NCBI GenBank assembly: GCA_049584615.1
Contig: JBAUYE010000355.1
Coordinates: 3,876-67,875, forward strand
Length of the DNA stretch: 64,000 bases
Origin: Candidatus Sulfotelmatobacter sp.
Lineage (GTDB): Bacteria; Acidobacteriota; Terriglobia; Terriglobales; Acidobacteriaceae
Direction: 5' to 3'
Shown: positions 53,495-62,043 of the stretch, piece by piece
Layout of the letters: every line of letters starts with the position of its first letter
Numbering within the stretch: the first letter of the stretch is position 1
Position numbers and translations under genes: made by a program
Notes under the pieces: generated by a model
Told to the model about the DNA's origin: nothing
What the model saw: only the letters and a program-made list of their open reading frames with translations
The model's database searches: none

Positions 53495-55185
53495 ACTGCC
53501 GACACCGGACCGGCGTGCGAATAGATCAGTTCGACGACAGTGCAGTCGTCGCTGAGTGGATTTCCGGCGCAGAATTCCGAGACGGCGGAAAAGATGCCTT
53601 CCAGCGTGGGATTCCTGGCCGCGGTCGCTTCCAGCCGCGAGTCCTCGAAGAAATCACCCATCGCATTTTCCGCCTCAGTCACACCATCGGTCACCAGGAT
53701 AAAGCGGTCCCCCGACTTTAGCTGGCAGCGGGCGCTCTCAAACGTGGCATCAGGCAGTAACCCTACCGGCACATTGCCGTGCGGCGGACGCATCACTTCT
53801 CCAGCGCAAACCAGCAACGGCTGCACGTGCCCGCAGTTGACATATTCCAGATCGCCGTCGCGTCGCAGAAGAACCAGCAGGACGGTGGCATACTTTTCTC
53901 CCACCAGCTTCTCGCTGAAGAAATGGTTCACTGCGGAGACCACGTCGAGCAAAGGCATGCCCGAACTCAAATGCGAATAGATCATTCCCTGCAAAGTGGA
54001 AGCCAGCAGCGCCGCCGAGACTCCCTTGCCGCTGACATCCGCCAGCACTACCGCCAGGCCCTCCTTCGTATGCACCGCATCGAAGAAGTCTCCTCCAATC
54101 TCTTTGCAAGACAGGTTCTTCCCGCGCAATTTGGCAAACGGCACATCGGGAATCTTTACTTGCATCAGCCGCTGCTGGATGCTGGCGGCAATGGTGAGTT
54201 CCTGTTGGTAGCGCCGCGACTCCTCCTCGGCCTGCACCAGGCGGGCGTTCTCGATCAAAGATGCCGCTTCCGTCGCGATGGCGCGCAGAATGTCGTGGCC
54301 CACACCGGAGAATTCGCGCGAGGCGAAGCGCGAATCGACGTACAAAACTCCCGTCACTTCGGCAGAAGGCGCGCCCGGGACCATTGTCATTTGCTCACGC
54401 ATTTTGGCCTGCACCTGGCGCTTGCGCAACGGAATGCAAATCACGGTACGCAGATCATAGGCGACAATGCTCTGCCGGCCGGCGAGCTCCGGCGAACTGC
54501 CGGTATCGGTAAGCAGGAACTCCGAATTCGACCGCAGCGATTCTTCCAGCGCGGAATGCGAAATGGTCTTGTCATCAAGCAGTGGCTCGCCTTTGTTATT
54601 GCGTCCCGCGGCCAGCCGCAGGCTGCCGTCGTCGTCTTTCAGAAAAACGTAGCCGCGCTCGGCGCGCGTCAGCCGCAGCGTCACATCCAGCATAGTCATG
54701 AGGATTTCGTCGAGCACGCCGGCGGTGTTCAACTTGCGCGCCGCTTCCAGGAAGAGAGTCAGTTTCTCGAGGTCGTTGGCCTCCTGCGAGATCTGAATCT
54801 CGGAGATCTGGCTGAGGAACTCGCGCGCCGTGTTCGAAGTTCCGTGCGCCGGATTGAAAATGGCGTAGGCGGAATCGCGCGCCCCAAACTCCAGGCGGTC
54901 GTTGCGCTCAAGCTTTTGCCGCTGAATCCGTTCCCCGTTGACGAATGTCCCGTGCTTGCTGCCTTGGTCGACCAGAAAGAATCCGTCATCTTCCAGCACG
55001 ATGAGCGCGTGATCGCGCGACACCCGCGGATCGGCGATGACCAGATCCTTATCGATCTTGCGCCCCACGCTGAAGGGCGTGCGGTTGAGCACGATGTTCT
55101 TCTGCTCATTGCCCTGCACCAGTACCAGCCCGGGAAACACGCCCGAAGCGGATGACTGTGGCCGGCCTATCGCGTTTAAGACCAT
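53491..55185 (-). CDS. FHA-GAF-PP2C (SpoIIE-like) serine/threonine phosphatase
   Basis: The FHA domain is FSVGRKIDKDLVIADPRVSRDHALIVLEDDGFFLVDQGSKHGTFVNGERI. A central GAF-like segment follows. The PP2C/SpoIIE part is GGDFFDAV ... VLADVSGKGVSAA ... NCGH ... LVTDGVTEA. The start is ATG 55185. The track ORF is over-extended to 55455. Confidence 0.85.
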   Translation of the reverse strand: MVLNAIGRPQSSASGVFPGLVLVQGNEQKNIVLNRTPFSVGRKIDKDLVIADPRVSRDHALIVLEDDGFFLVDQGSKHGTFVNGERIQRQKLERNDRLEFGARDSAYAIFNPAHGTSNTAREFLSQISEIQISQEANDLEKLTLFLEAARKLNTAGVLDEILMTMLDVTLRLTRAERGYVFLKDDDGSLRLAAGRNNKGEPLLDDKTISHSALEESLRSNSEFLLTDTGSSPELAGRQSIVAYDLRTVICIPLRKRQVQAKMREQMTMVPGAPSAEVTGVLYVDSRFASREFSGVGHDILRAIATEAASLIENARLVQAEEESRRYQQELTIAASIQQRLMQVKIPDVPFAKLRGKNLSCKEIGGDFFDAVHTKEGLAVVLADVSGKGVSAALLASTLQGMIYSHLSSGMPLLDVVSAVNHFFSEKLVGEKYATVLLVLLRRDGDLEYVNCGHVQPLLVCAGEVMRPPHGNVPVGLLPDATFESARCQLKSGDRFILVTDGVTEAENAMGDFFEDSRLEATAARNPTLEGIFSAVSEFCAGNPLSDDCTVVELIYSHAGPVSAV

Positions 55186-55327
55186 GGGATGTGGCGCCGC
55201 CCCCTGCCCAAGACTACACGGAAACAGCACAAATAAGAATAATTCAGAGGAATTATGCCCCCCAGGGAGCGCTTTCGTCGAGACCTCCGGTAGCGCTTCC
55301 CACAGGGGTTCGATAGACTGCGGCGGC

Positions 55328-56557
55328 GTGTTCTCCCGAGACTCAAGTCGCGAGCCGGCTCTCAGCTCAGCAATCAAGACCTTCATCATTTGTGTCTTCG
55401 TGTCCGCGCTCGCGGCTTTCGCCGTGACGCGCTCCGCAGCGTTCCTGCAGGGCACCGATTTCCCGGATTTTTATTGTGCCGCACGCATGCTGGCTGCGGG
55501 CCACGGACACCAACTCTACGATGCCGACCTCCAGCGCCAATATCAGGCCCGCTACGCCGGAAGAGTAGGCACTCTCTACATTCATCCGCCTTTTGAAGCC
55601 GCAGTGTATCTCGCCGTGGCTTGGCTGCCGTTGCGGTACGCCTATCTGCTGTGGTCTTTGCTGAACCTGATATTTCTGGGGGTCGCAGCGCACCGCCTGG
55701 CTAAGGAAATCCGGCCCTGGGATTGGCGCTTATCGCTGGGGGTTTCGCTCACCTTCGTTCCGACACTGCTCTGCTTTCTCCAGGGTCAGGATTCTCTACT
55801 CTTGCTGTTGTTGGTAGTTTTATCCTTTGCAGCTCTCCGGCGCGGCCGCGGATTCGCCGCCGGTTGCTGGCTGGGCCTCGGACTCTTCAAATTTCAACTG
55901 GCGCTGCCGTTAGCGCTGGTACTGGTCGTGACCCAAAACAGAAGCGTCCGAACCAGGCTTGTGAAGGGCTTTAGCCTGGCTGCGCTGGCGCTTGCCGGAT
56001 TGTCGGCCGCCATCTCCGGATGGTCTGTCTTCCTCATCTATCCAAAGTTTCTGCTCCATCTGAAAGCCCAGCCATTCGCCGGAATCATTCCCTCGGCCAT
56101 GGCGAATTTCCGGGGATTGATCTACTTCTTCTTTCACAGCGACCAATTCTCTGGCGCCGTCGTAAGTTTGTCGATCCTTTGCGCAGCCGCGCTCATCATG
56201 ACGCTGTTGGGCTGGAAGAAGATGGGACGGAATAACGATAAAGACGACTTCGATCTGGCTTTCGCCAACACCGTGACGTTTGCCCTGCTGGTCAGCTATC
56301 ACCTCAACCCGCACGACCTGAGCCTTGCGCTGTTGCCCGTCGCCTTGCTCCTGCACATCGCGTCTGCGCGAACTCCAGACGCTCGAAGTCCTGCGAACTG
56401 GCTGACCTTAAGCTTGCTTGCGATCTTTTTCCTGCCCCCGCTTCATTTGTGGGCGCTGAGCAACGGGGTCTATGCGCTCGTAGGTCTTCCCTTGCTGGCA
56501 TTGTTCTTGAGTGTCGCGTTTCTCCTGCCGCGAGAAGAAGCGCGTGCTGTCGATTAA
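55328..56557 (+). CDS. Polytopic membrane glycosyltransferase-like protein, DUF2029/GT87 type (paralogue A)
   Basis: GTDFPDFYCAARMLAAGHGHQLYD, HPPFEAAVYL, LQGQDSLLLLLL and AGCWLGLGLFKFQLALPL are present, with about 9-10 hydrophobic helices. A GTG start at 55328 is proposed. The track ORF begins at 55037 inside the divergent gene region. Confidence 0.7.
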   Translation: MFSRDSSREPALSSAIKTFIICVFVSALAAFAVTRSAAFLQGTDFPDFYCAARMLAAGHGHQLYDADLQRQYQARYAGRVGTLYIHPPFEAAVYLAVAWLPLRYAYLLWSLLNLIFLGVAAHRLAKEIRPWDWRLSLGVSLTFVPTLLCFLQGQDSLLLLLLVVLSFAALRRGRGFAAGCWLGLGLFKFQLALPLALVLVVTQNRSVRTRLVKGFSLAALALAGLSAAISGWSVFLIYPKFLLHLKAQPFAGIIPSAMANFRGLIYFFFHSDQFSGAVVSLSILCAAALIMTLLGWKKMGRNNDKDDFDLAFANTVTFALLVSYHLNPHDLSLALLPVALLLHIASARTPDARSPANWLTLSLLAIFFLPPLHLWALSNGVYALVGLPLLALFLSVAFLLPREEARAVD

Positions 56558-57840
56558 CCCGAACTTCCCTGGATTCCCGCCCGTCGCTGCGCACCCTGCA
56601 CAGCCAGAAGGATGACTGCGAAAACGAAGACCGGCAAACTGAACGTCGCAAAGAAAGGCACTTTCCAGGCGCTGATCGCCCACGCCCGCCATCCCAGCAA
56701 ATAGGCGCAGCTCAAACTCAAACTCGCGATCCACTGCCACGCCAAAGCAAAAGCCGCCGCCAGATACAGAAATCGAGCTCCACGCGACCGCGAAGTGAAC
56801 GATGTCCGATCCCGCACCAGCGCCAGAATCGCCGGCAGAAGCAGCACCTGGTTATAAGGCGCGTACATAGGCACCACGAGCACGGTCAAGGCCAACACGA
56901 GAGAAATAGCCAGACCGAAGTTTTGCTTATCGGCAGGTTCCATGCGCAGCTTCCAGAGAAGAAATCCGCAAACGACCAGGGCTGCGGCTATAAAAATTCC
57001 CGAATACTCCCACGGAACCAGCAGTACTGACTGGTTCTGAGTGTAGCGATGATATTTCCCCAGAGCACCGGCAAACAGCCGCCACCAACCAGGCAGAATA
57101 ATTTCTGCGCCACCGAGCAGCAGCGCCATCGCCAGGCCAAACCCAAACAGAAAGCGTCTCCGATTTCTCCAGTCACTCAGCGTCCACACGATTAGCCAAG
57201 CCACCAAAGGCCATGCCAGTTGCGGCTTGATAGTCGCCGCCGCCAGCAAGACTCCGCCGCAAAACAGGAAACCTCCGGCCACGCAGGCCACCGCTCCGGC
57301 CAGAAGCGCTGCCACCAGCAGGCTCAACTGCTGCAGCTTCAATCCCTGCACTGCGGCAAAGCTTCCCAGCGTGACCGCGATACAACTGGCAGTCGCAAGC
57401 ACCGGTAGCCGCCATCGCAACACGCGCAGCCACAGCCAGACGCTGATTGCGGTCAGCGCGATCAGCGCCCAGTAAAAGACAAGCTGCACCGCGTGAAATG
57501 AAAATCCAACAAACGGCGCCAGCAGGAAGACCACATAGACGGGATAAGCGAACCCCTGCCGATCTTTGGGATCGTTGGGCCGGGCAGGGTCGAGCGCGCG
57601 CCCGTAATATCCTTTCTGGATTTCGATCGTAATGTCGTCGCCATAAGGATTGCGGTGGTGGAGCAGCAATTCCCGCGCCCCCAGCCAGCGCGGATACAGA
57701 TCGGAGAGATTGCCGCGCGGACGATCGCGCGCCGCAGCATCCGCAACCTGAAAGCCCACCAGGATTCGATCTACATAGAAGCACATGCTCGCCGCGGCGA
57801 TGAGCGCAAGCATCGAACCGATCTGAGCCCGCCTCGTCAC
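56554..57840 (-). CDS. Polytopic membrane glycosyltransferase-like protein, distant DUF2029/GT87 type (paralogue B)
   Basis: LSDLYPRWLGARELLLHHRNPYG, GLKLQQLSLLVAALL and TIKPQLAWPL are present, with many hydrophobic helices. A GTGA overlap with the upstream stop at 57837-57840 suggests translational coupling. An alternative ATG lies at 57813. Confidence 0.65.
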   Translation of the reverse strand: MTRRAQIGSMLALIAAASMCFYVDRILVGFQVADAAARDRPRGNLSDLYPRWLGARELLLHHRNPYGDDITIEIQKGYYGRALDPARPNDPKDRQGFAYPVYVVFLLAPFVGFSFHAVQLVFYWALIALTAISVWLWLRVLRWRLPVLATASCIAVTLGSFAAVQGLKLQQLSLLVAALLAGAVACVAGGFLFCGGVLLAAATIKPQLAWPLVAWLIVWTLSDWRNRRRFLFGFGLAMALLLGGAEIILPGWWRLFAGALGKYHRYTQNQSVLLVPWEYSGIFIAAALVVCGFLLWKLRMEPADKQNFGLAISLVLALTVLVVPMYAPYNQVLLLPAILALVRDRTSFTSRSRGARFLYLAAAFALAWQWIASLSLSCAYLLGWRAWAISAWKVPFFATFSLPVFVFAVILLAVQGAQRRAGIQGSSG

Positions 57841-59099
57841 AGTCGTTGCGTCTCCGGTGACTCGGAGCGGGATGAAATCTCCCGTGCAATCCCCCACATC
57901 CACAGCAGCAACACGGTCGCAAACAGATTGAAGTGATCCAGCCGGATCCACAGCAGCATGTAAATCGGAGTGAGAAAGAGCAATCCCACAGGCAGCATGA
58001 GAGCCCAGTTTCTATAACGCTGAAGCGACGCCGTTTCGATCGCGTAGTTAACCACCAGGAGCACCGGAATCACGAGCAGGCTGAGGTCGTAAGGAAATGC
58101 ATGATAGCTGGCCAGCACTGCCGCCACCATCGCCAGGGAAAACTGCAGATCGAACTCCAGCAGATCGAACTCCAGATGGAACCGCTGGCTTGAATGCGTC
58201 CGGCTGCGTCCTTTCACGCTGACCCAGACCAGCAGACCAATCGAAAGCGCAATGGTAATCACATGCGAACCAGGGAACCCGCTGAAAGACCAACCTTCGA
58301 GCAATCCGCGCAGGTTCGGCATGTCCACGGCGATTCCGCCGCGTTCCATGAATTTTTCGAAATGCAACACATACCAGGGATAGCGCAGCGCCCCCGCCCA
58401 CCCGGTAATGGCAACCGAGATTGACGCCATGACAGCCGCCGTGACCACGAAACTTTGAACCACCCTGCTGCGCTTCCAGCACAGAAGAATCAGAACCAAG
58501 GGAAGGATAAGCTGGAACTTGAACACGCTCAAACCGAGCCAGCATCCGGCAAGCGTATCAGCATTTCTCTTCAAAGCCGCGAATGCCAGGGCATTAAGAA
58601 GAAGAAGCAAAATCACATCCTGCCCCTGCAGCAACGCAACCAGCACGGGGAAAAAACCGAGCAAGACCAGCAGCCACACAAAAAGAGCGTAATGCGCCAG
58701 CACCGGAATATATCGCCGCAGCAGAAAAGGCAGCAATCCTAAGATCGCGAGATTGATCGCGCTCCAGACCAGGTACGCCGTGGGGTAATCGAGCGAGGCC
58801 AGCGGTTCAAAGATCAAGGCCTCAAACGGCGGATGGTTGTAAGGCAGCGGCCCTTTCCGGATTCGCACTCCCGCAGCAAAAGTTTGCTGCACTTCATACT
58901 GCAAAGCGCCGTCATATAGATTGTGCCGCAGCCCCTCGCGCAACATCTTTCCCGCCGTATAGAAAATCGTAAAGTCCGGGTAGCCCTGCCGGATCAGCAC
59001 TCTCGCCTTAAAGAAGAGCACGCCGTGAATGCACAGCATGCCAACGATCAGCACAGCGATCCACGTCTTGAGTCTGTTTCGGCTCACGTATTCCTTCAT
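57837..59099 (-). CDS. Polytopic membrane glycosyltransferase-like protein, DUF2029/GT87 type (paralogue C)
   Basis: QGYPDFTIFYTAGKMLREGLRHNLYD, HPPFEALIFE, LQGQDVILLLLL and AGCWLGLSVFKFQLILPL are collinear with paralogue A. AAGGAAG precedes the ATG at 59099. The track ORF is over-extended to 59180. Confidence 0.7.
   Translation of the reverse strand: MKEYVSRNRLKTWIAVLIVGMLCIHGVLFFKARVLIRQGYPDFTIFYTAGKMLREGLRHNLYDGALQYEVQQTFAAGVRIRKGPLPYNHPPFEALIFEPLASLDYPTAYLVWSAINLAILGLLPFLLRRYIPVLAHYALFVWLLVLLGFFPVLVALLQGQDVILLLLLNALAFAALKRNADTLAGCWLGLSVFKFQLILPLVLILLCWKRSRVVQSFVVTAAVMASISVAITGWAGALRYPWYVLHFEKFMERGGIAVDMPNLRGLLEGWSFSGFPGSHVITIALSIGLLVWVSVKGRSRTHSSQRFHLEFDLLEFDLQFSLAMVAAVLASYHAFPYDLSLLVIPVLLVVNYAIETASLQRYRNWALMLPVGLLFLTPIYMLLWIRLDHFNLFATVLLLWMWGIAREISSRSESPETQRL
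58146..58175. repeat. Perfect 15-bp tandem duplication inside paralogue C (in frame)
   Basis: CAGATCGAACTCCAG occurs at 58146-58160 and again at 58161-58175. On the coding strand it encodes the duplicated LEFDL in HLEFDLLEFDLQF. Confidence 0.9.
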
Positions 59100-59143
59100 C
59101 TTCTTCCTTAAGTTCGGGATTATATCTTCGCTCCAAGCGCGGT

Positions 59144-60640
59144 ATGATCCATGCCACCGTGAAGAAACCTCTGCGGACAAGCAACGTCTTTCTGGCTGCG
59201 CTGTTCATCGGACTGTTCGCCATGGCCGCGCGCAATGTCACCGACCCTGACGTCTGGTGGCATCTCAAGACTGGGCAGTACATCGCTGAGACCAGAAGCG
59301 TTCCTCACACCGATCCTTTTTCCTGCACTCGCGCGGGACAGCCCTGGGTCGCGCACGAATGGCTGAGCGAGTTTCTCCTGTTCGAGCTTGAACGCACCGC
59401 GGGATGGGGCGGGTTAATCCTGATCTTTGCTGCAGTCCTGACTGCGGCGTTCTTCCTGTTGTACCTGCGTTGCGGGTCCGCGACCTATGTTGCCGGCGTG
59501 GCCACGCTTGCCGCAGCCTGGGCTACCGTACCCGTATGGGGAGTGCGCCCGCAGGTTCTTTCTCTCTTACTGACCAGCTTGTGGCTATTGATTCTCGACC
59601 GCTCGGAGCGCAATCCCAAGCTTCTGTGGTGGACTCTCCCGCTCACTCTTCTCTGGGTGAACCTGCACGCCGGATTCGCCGTAGGCTTGGTTCTTTCAGC
59701 CTTGTACCTGGCTGGAGAATGGATCGAACGCGCGCTAGGCCGCACGCGGCAGCGCCCTTCCGGCCGGCGAATTGCAGCGCTCATCTTCTTACTCGATGTT
59801 CTGATCGTGCCGCTGAATCCCAACGGCCTGCGGATGTTCTCCTACCCCTTCGAGACCCTCCGCTCCCCAGCCATGCAAAAATACATCGCCGAATGGGCCT
59901 CGCCCAACTTTCACCATCCTGAGTACTGGCCTTTCCTCCTGGTTGTGCTGGCTACGTTTGCGGCCCTCGGTTGGTCGCGTCTCGAGCTGCGAGTGCGCGA
60001 CTTGCTTCTATTGCTCGTCAGTTTGTATGCCGCCCTCGTCTCAATCCGGCTGATACCACTGTTCGTCCTGATCGCAGTCCCGTTAATTACCACGCGGCTC
60101 GGAGAATGGCCACGAAGCGACGGACAGCGTCCGCAACCCGTAGGTCTCAGCTTGTTCAACGGCCTGATCCTGCTGGCAATGGCGGCCTTCGCCGGAGTCC
60201 ACATCGCCCAGATCATCCAACGCCAGCCGCAGGTCGAGATCGAGCGCTTCCCCGCCCGTGCAGTTGCATTTTTGCAGAAACATCCACCCTCCGGTCGAAT
60301 CTTCAACCACTACGATTGGGGCGGCTACCTCATCTGGAAGCTCTACCCCTCTATCCCGGTCTTCATCGACGGCCGCGCCGATCTCTATGGACAACAACTG
60401 TTTGACCAGTTCGCCGAAACTTATCAGTTCAAAGGCGACTGGCAGCAAACCCTACGGCGGTGGAGCATCGATACGGTGATTATCCCCGCCGATTCCCCTT
60501 TGGCAACTGGTTTGCGAAGTTCTCCGGGTTGGACCGTCTCCTACGAAGACCAGCAGGCCGTCGTCCTGACTGCGGTTCGCAGTGCGATGCGCAGAGAGCC
60601 CGCTTCAGCGAAGCCGTCCATCGCCAAGCCAAATCCATAG
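59144..60640 (+). CDS. Large polytopic membrane protein, GT-C-like (putative glycosyltransferase; family not recognised)
   Basis: The 498-aa ORF has about 10 hydrophobic helices. The first loop reads DPDVWWHLKTGQYIAETRSVPHTDPFS..GQPWVAHEWLSE. A soluble C-terminal domain contains FNHYDWGGYLIWKL. It is divergent from paralogue C with only a 44-bp gap. Confidence 0.6.
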   Translation: MIHATVKKPLRTSNVFLAALFIGLFAMAARNVTDPDVWWHLKTGQYIAETRSVPHTDPFSCTRAGQPWVAHEWLSEFLLFELERTAGWGGLILIFAAVLTAAFFLLYLRCGSATYVAGVATLAAAWATVPVWGVRPQVLSLLLTSLWLLILDRSERNPKLLWWTLPLTLLWVNLHAGFAVGLVLSALYLAGEWIERALGRTRQRPSGRRIAALIFLLDVLIVPLNPNGLRMFSYPFETLRSPAMQKYIAEWASPNFHHPEYWPFLLVVLATFAALGWSRLELRVRDLLLLLVSLYAALVSIRLIPLFVLIAVPLITTRLGEWPRSDGQRPQPVGLSLFNGLILLAMAAFAGVHIAQIIQRQPQVEIERFPARAVAFLQKHPPSGRIFNHYDWGGYLIWKLYPSIPVFIDGRADLYGQQLFDQFAETYQFKGDWQQTLRRWSIDTVIIPADSPLATGLRSSPGWTVSYEDQQAVVLTAVRSAMRREPASAKPSIAKPNP

Positions 60641-60737
60641 AGCCACAGCCGGTTAGAGGTCGATGCCAAGGCCGCAAAGCAGTTACCATCGGTATGCAAG
60701 AAAGTACACCTCTTAAAGCATTTTGCAGGTTATTATG

Positions 60738-60755
60738 GGGGAGATTAATCTCCCC
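60738..60755. promoter_or_regulatory. Perfect 18-bp palindrome GGGGAGATTAATCTCCCC upstream of the flp pilin gene
   Basis: The sequence is an exact self-complement. It lies 98 nt after the stop of the upstream membrane-protein gene and 108 nt before the flp ATG. It could be an operator or a terminator-like hairpin. Confidence 0.35.
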
Positions 60756-60862
60756 GCAGAGCAGCGCGAGCTGATGGGACGCAAGTCCCCGAGGCTGTGC
60801 GCCTTTTATCTGCTTTGAATGCTCGTTTCAGAACCTTGGTATTTCTAAGGAGGCCGGAAACT

Positions 60863-61024
60863 ATGGATCGTCTTTGGAGATTGTGGCGCGACGAAGAGGG
60901 ACAGGATATTGCAGAATACGCCGTGATGCTGGCCGTGATCCTCGTGATCGTCGTAGGCACCATTCGGCTGATCGGCTCTAACGCGAACAATGTTTTCTCC
61001 AACGTCGCCAGTTCGATTCAGTAA
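60863..61024 (+). CDS. flp: Flp/Fap family type IVb pilin
   Basis: The 53-aa product MDRLWRLWRDEEGQDIAEYAVMLAVILVIVVGTIRLIG... has the Flp motif (G/xxxxEY followed by a hydrophobic helix). AAGGAGG lies 9 nt upstream of the ATG. Confidence 0.85.
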   Translation: MDRLWRLWRDEEGQDIAEYAVMLAVILVIVVGTIRLIGSNANNVFSNVASSIQ

Positions 61025-61109
61025 GGGATCGGCAACGGGCGCAGCGTAAAGAGTCAGTTCTCCACGGATACGGCGTGGATCGCGCTTCTGCTTGTCCTGA
61101 CAGAGCATT

Positions 61110-61973
61110 ATGAACCGCACTCGTTTGTTGATGATCGGGGTTGTGGCCTTGGCTTTAGGAGCCTTTGTCAGCCTCTTCGTGTACAAGAACCTGGTGGGCC
61201 GGCCGCCAACCGTCGAAGCCGGTGCAGACGTCATCGTAGCCGCCGACGACATTCAGGTGGGCTCGCGGGTCGAAGAGCATGACGTGCGGATCGCCAGATT
61301 CCCCGCCTCTGGACTGCCGCCCGGAGCCTACACCAAGAGGTCTCAGGTGATGGGCCGCGGCGTGATCATTCCCATATCCAAAGGCGAATTCATTCTACCC
61401 AGCAAGCTGGCTCCGGAAAATGCTGGAGCGGGTTTGCCCGCGTTGATTCCGCCCGGCATGCGCGCCGTCTCCGTGCGGGTGAATGAAGTGGTCTCGGTCG
61501 CCGGATTCGTCGGTCCCGGGACCCGAGTCGACGTGCTCCTCACCGGAACTCCTAATGGCAGTTCCGAGTCCCAAACCACTACCGTCCTGCAGAATGTTGC
61601 CGTCATTGCATCCGGCCAACGCCTGGAACGAAATGCCGCCGGGGAAGCTCAGACCACTCCGGTGATCACGCTGCTGGCTTCTCCCGAGGACGCCGAACGC
61701 CTTACCCTGGCCAGTGCCGAAGGCAAGATTCAACTCGTTCTGCGCAATCCGCTCGACACCCACCAGGATCCGGTCGAGGCAGCGAATGCCAAGGGTCTCT
61801 ACATGGGCGGCACGCCAGTCGCGGCTCGGCCACGGATAACCATTCGTCCCGTAAAGCAGAAAACTGAACCACCCCCTACCTCTCCTTCGGTGCTCAGTAT
61901 CGAGGTTTATCAAGGTGATAAGAAGCTGCCCGACGTCAAGTTCCCGGAACAGAATGGTGAAGATCCCAAGTAG
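61110..61973 (+). CDS. cpaB: Flp pilus assembly protein CpaB (RcpC family)
   Basis: An N-terminal anchor MNRTRLLMIGVVALALGAFVSLFV is followed by an SAF-like segment and an RcpC-type beta domain (VAGFVGPGTRVDVLLTG..TTTVLQNVAVIA). Confidence 0.85.
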   Translation: MNRTRLLMIGVVALALGAFVSLFVYKNLVGRPPTVEAGADVIVAADDIQVGSRVEEHDVRIARFPASGLPPGAYTKRSQVMGRGVIIPISKGEFILPSKLAPENAGAGLPALIPPGMRAVSVRVNEVVSVAGFVGPGTRVDVLLTGTPNGSSESQTTTVLQNVAVIASGQRLERNAAGEAQTTPVITLLASPEDAERLTLASAEGKIQLVLRNPLDTHQDPVEAANAKGLYMGGTPVAARPRITIRPVKQKTEPPPTSPSVLSIEVYQGDKKLPDVKFPEQNGEDPK

Positions 61974-62043
61974 TCGGAGAGAAGTTCGTCCGGCACGTTG
62001 ATACGCTGATAGCAAGTTTCCTCCTGTGGAGAGGAATCAAACG

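Noticed and set aside
53779-55155. A 458-aa plus-strand ORF opposite the FHA-GAF-PP2C gene.
   Set aside because: It has no recognisable motifs and an Arg/Gln/His-rich composition. The opposite strand has clear FHA, GAF and PP2C signatures. The same reasoning applies to the other long antisense ORFs at 15297-16085, 45378-46304, 46472-47380, 51224-52075, 52475-53422, 43162-43974, 19663-20580 and 10972-11544.
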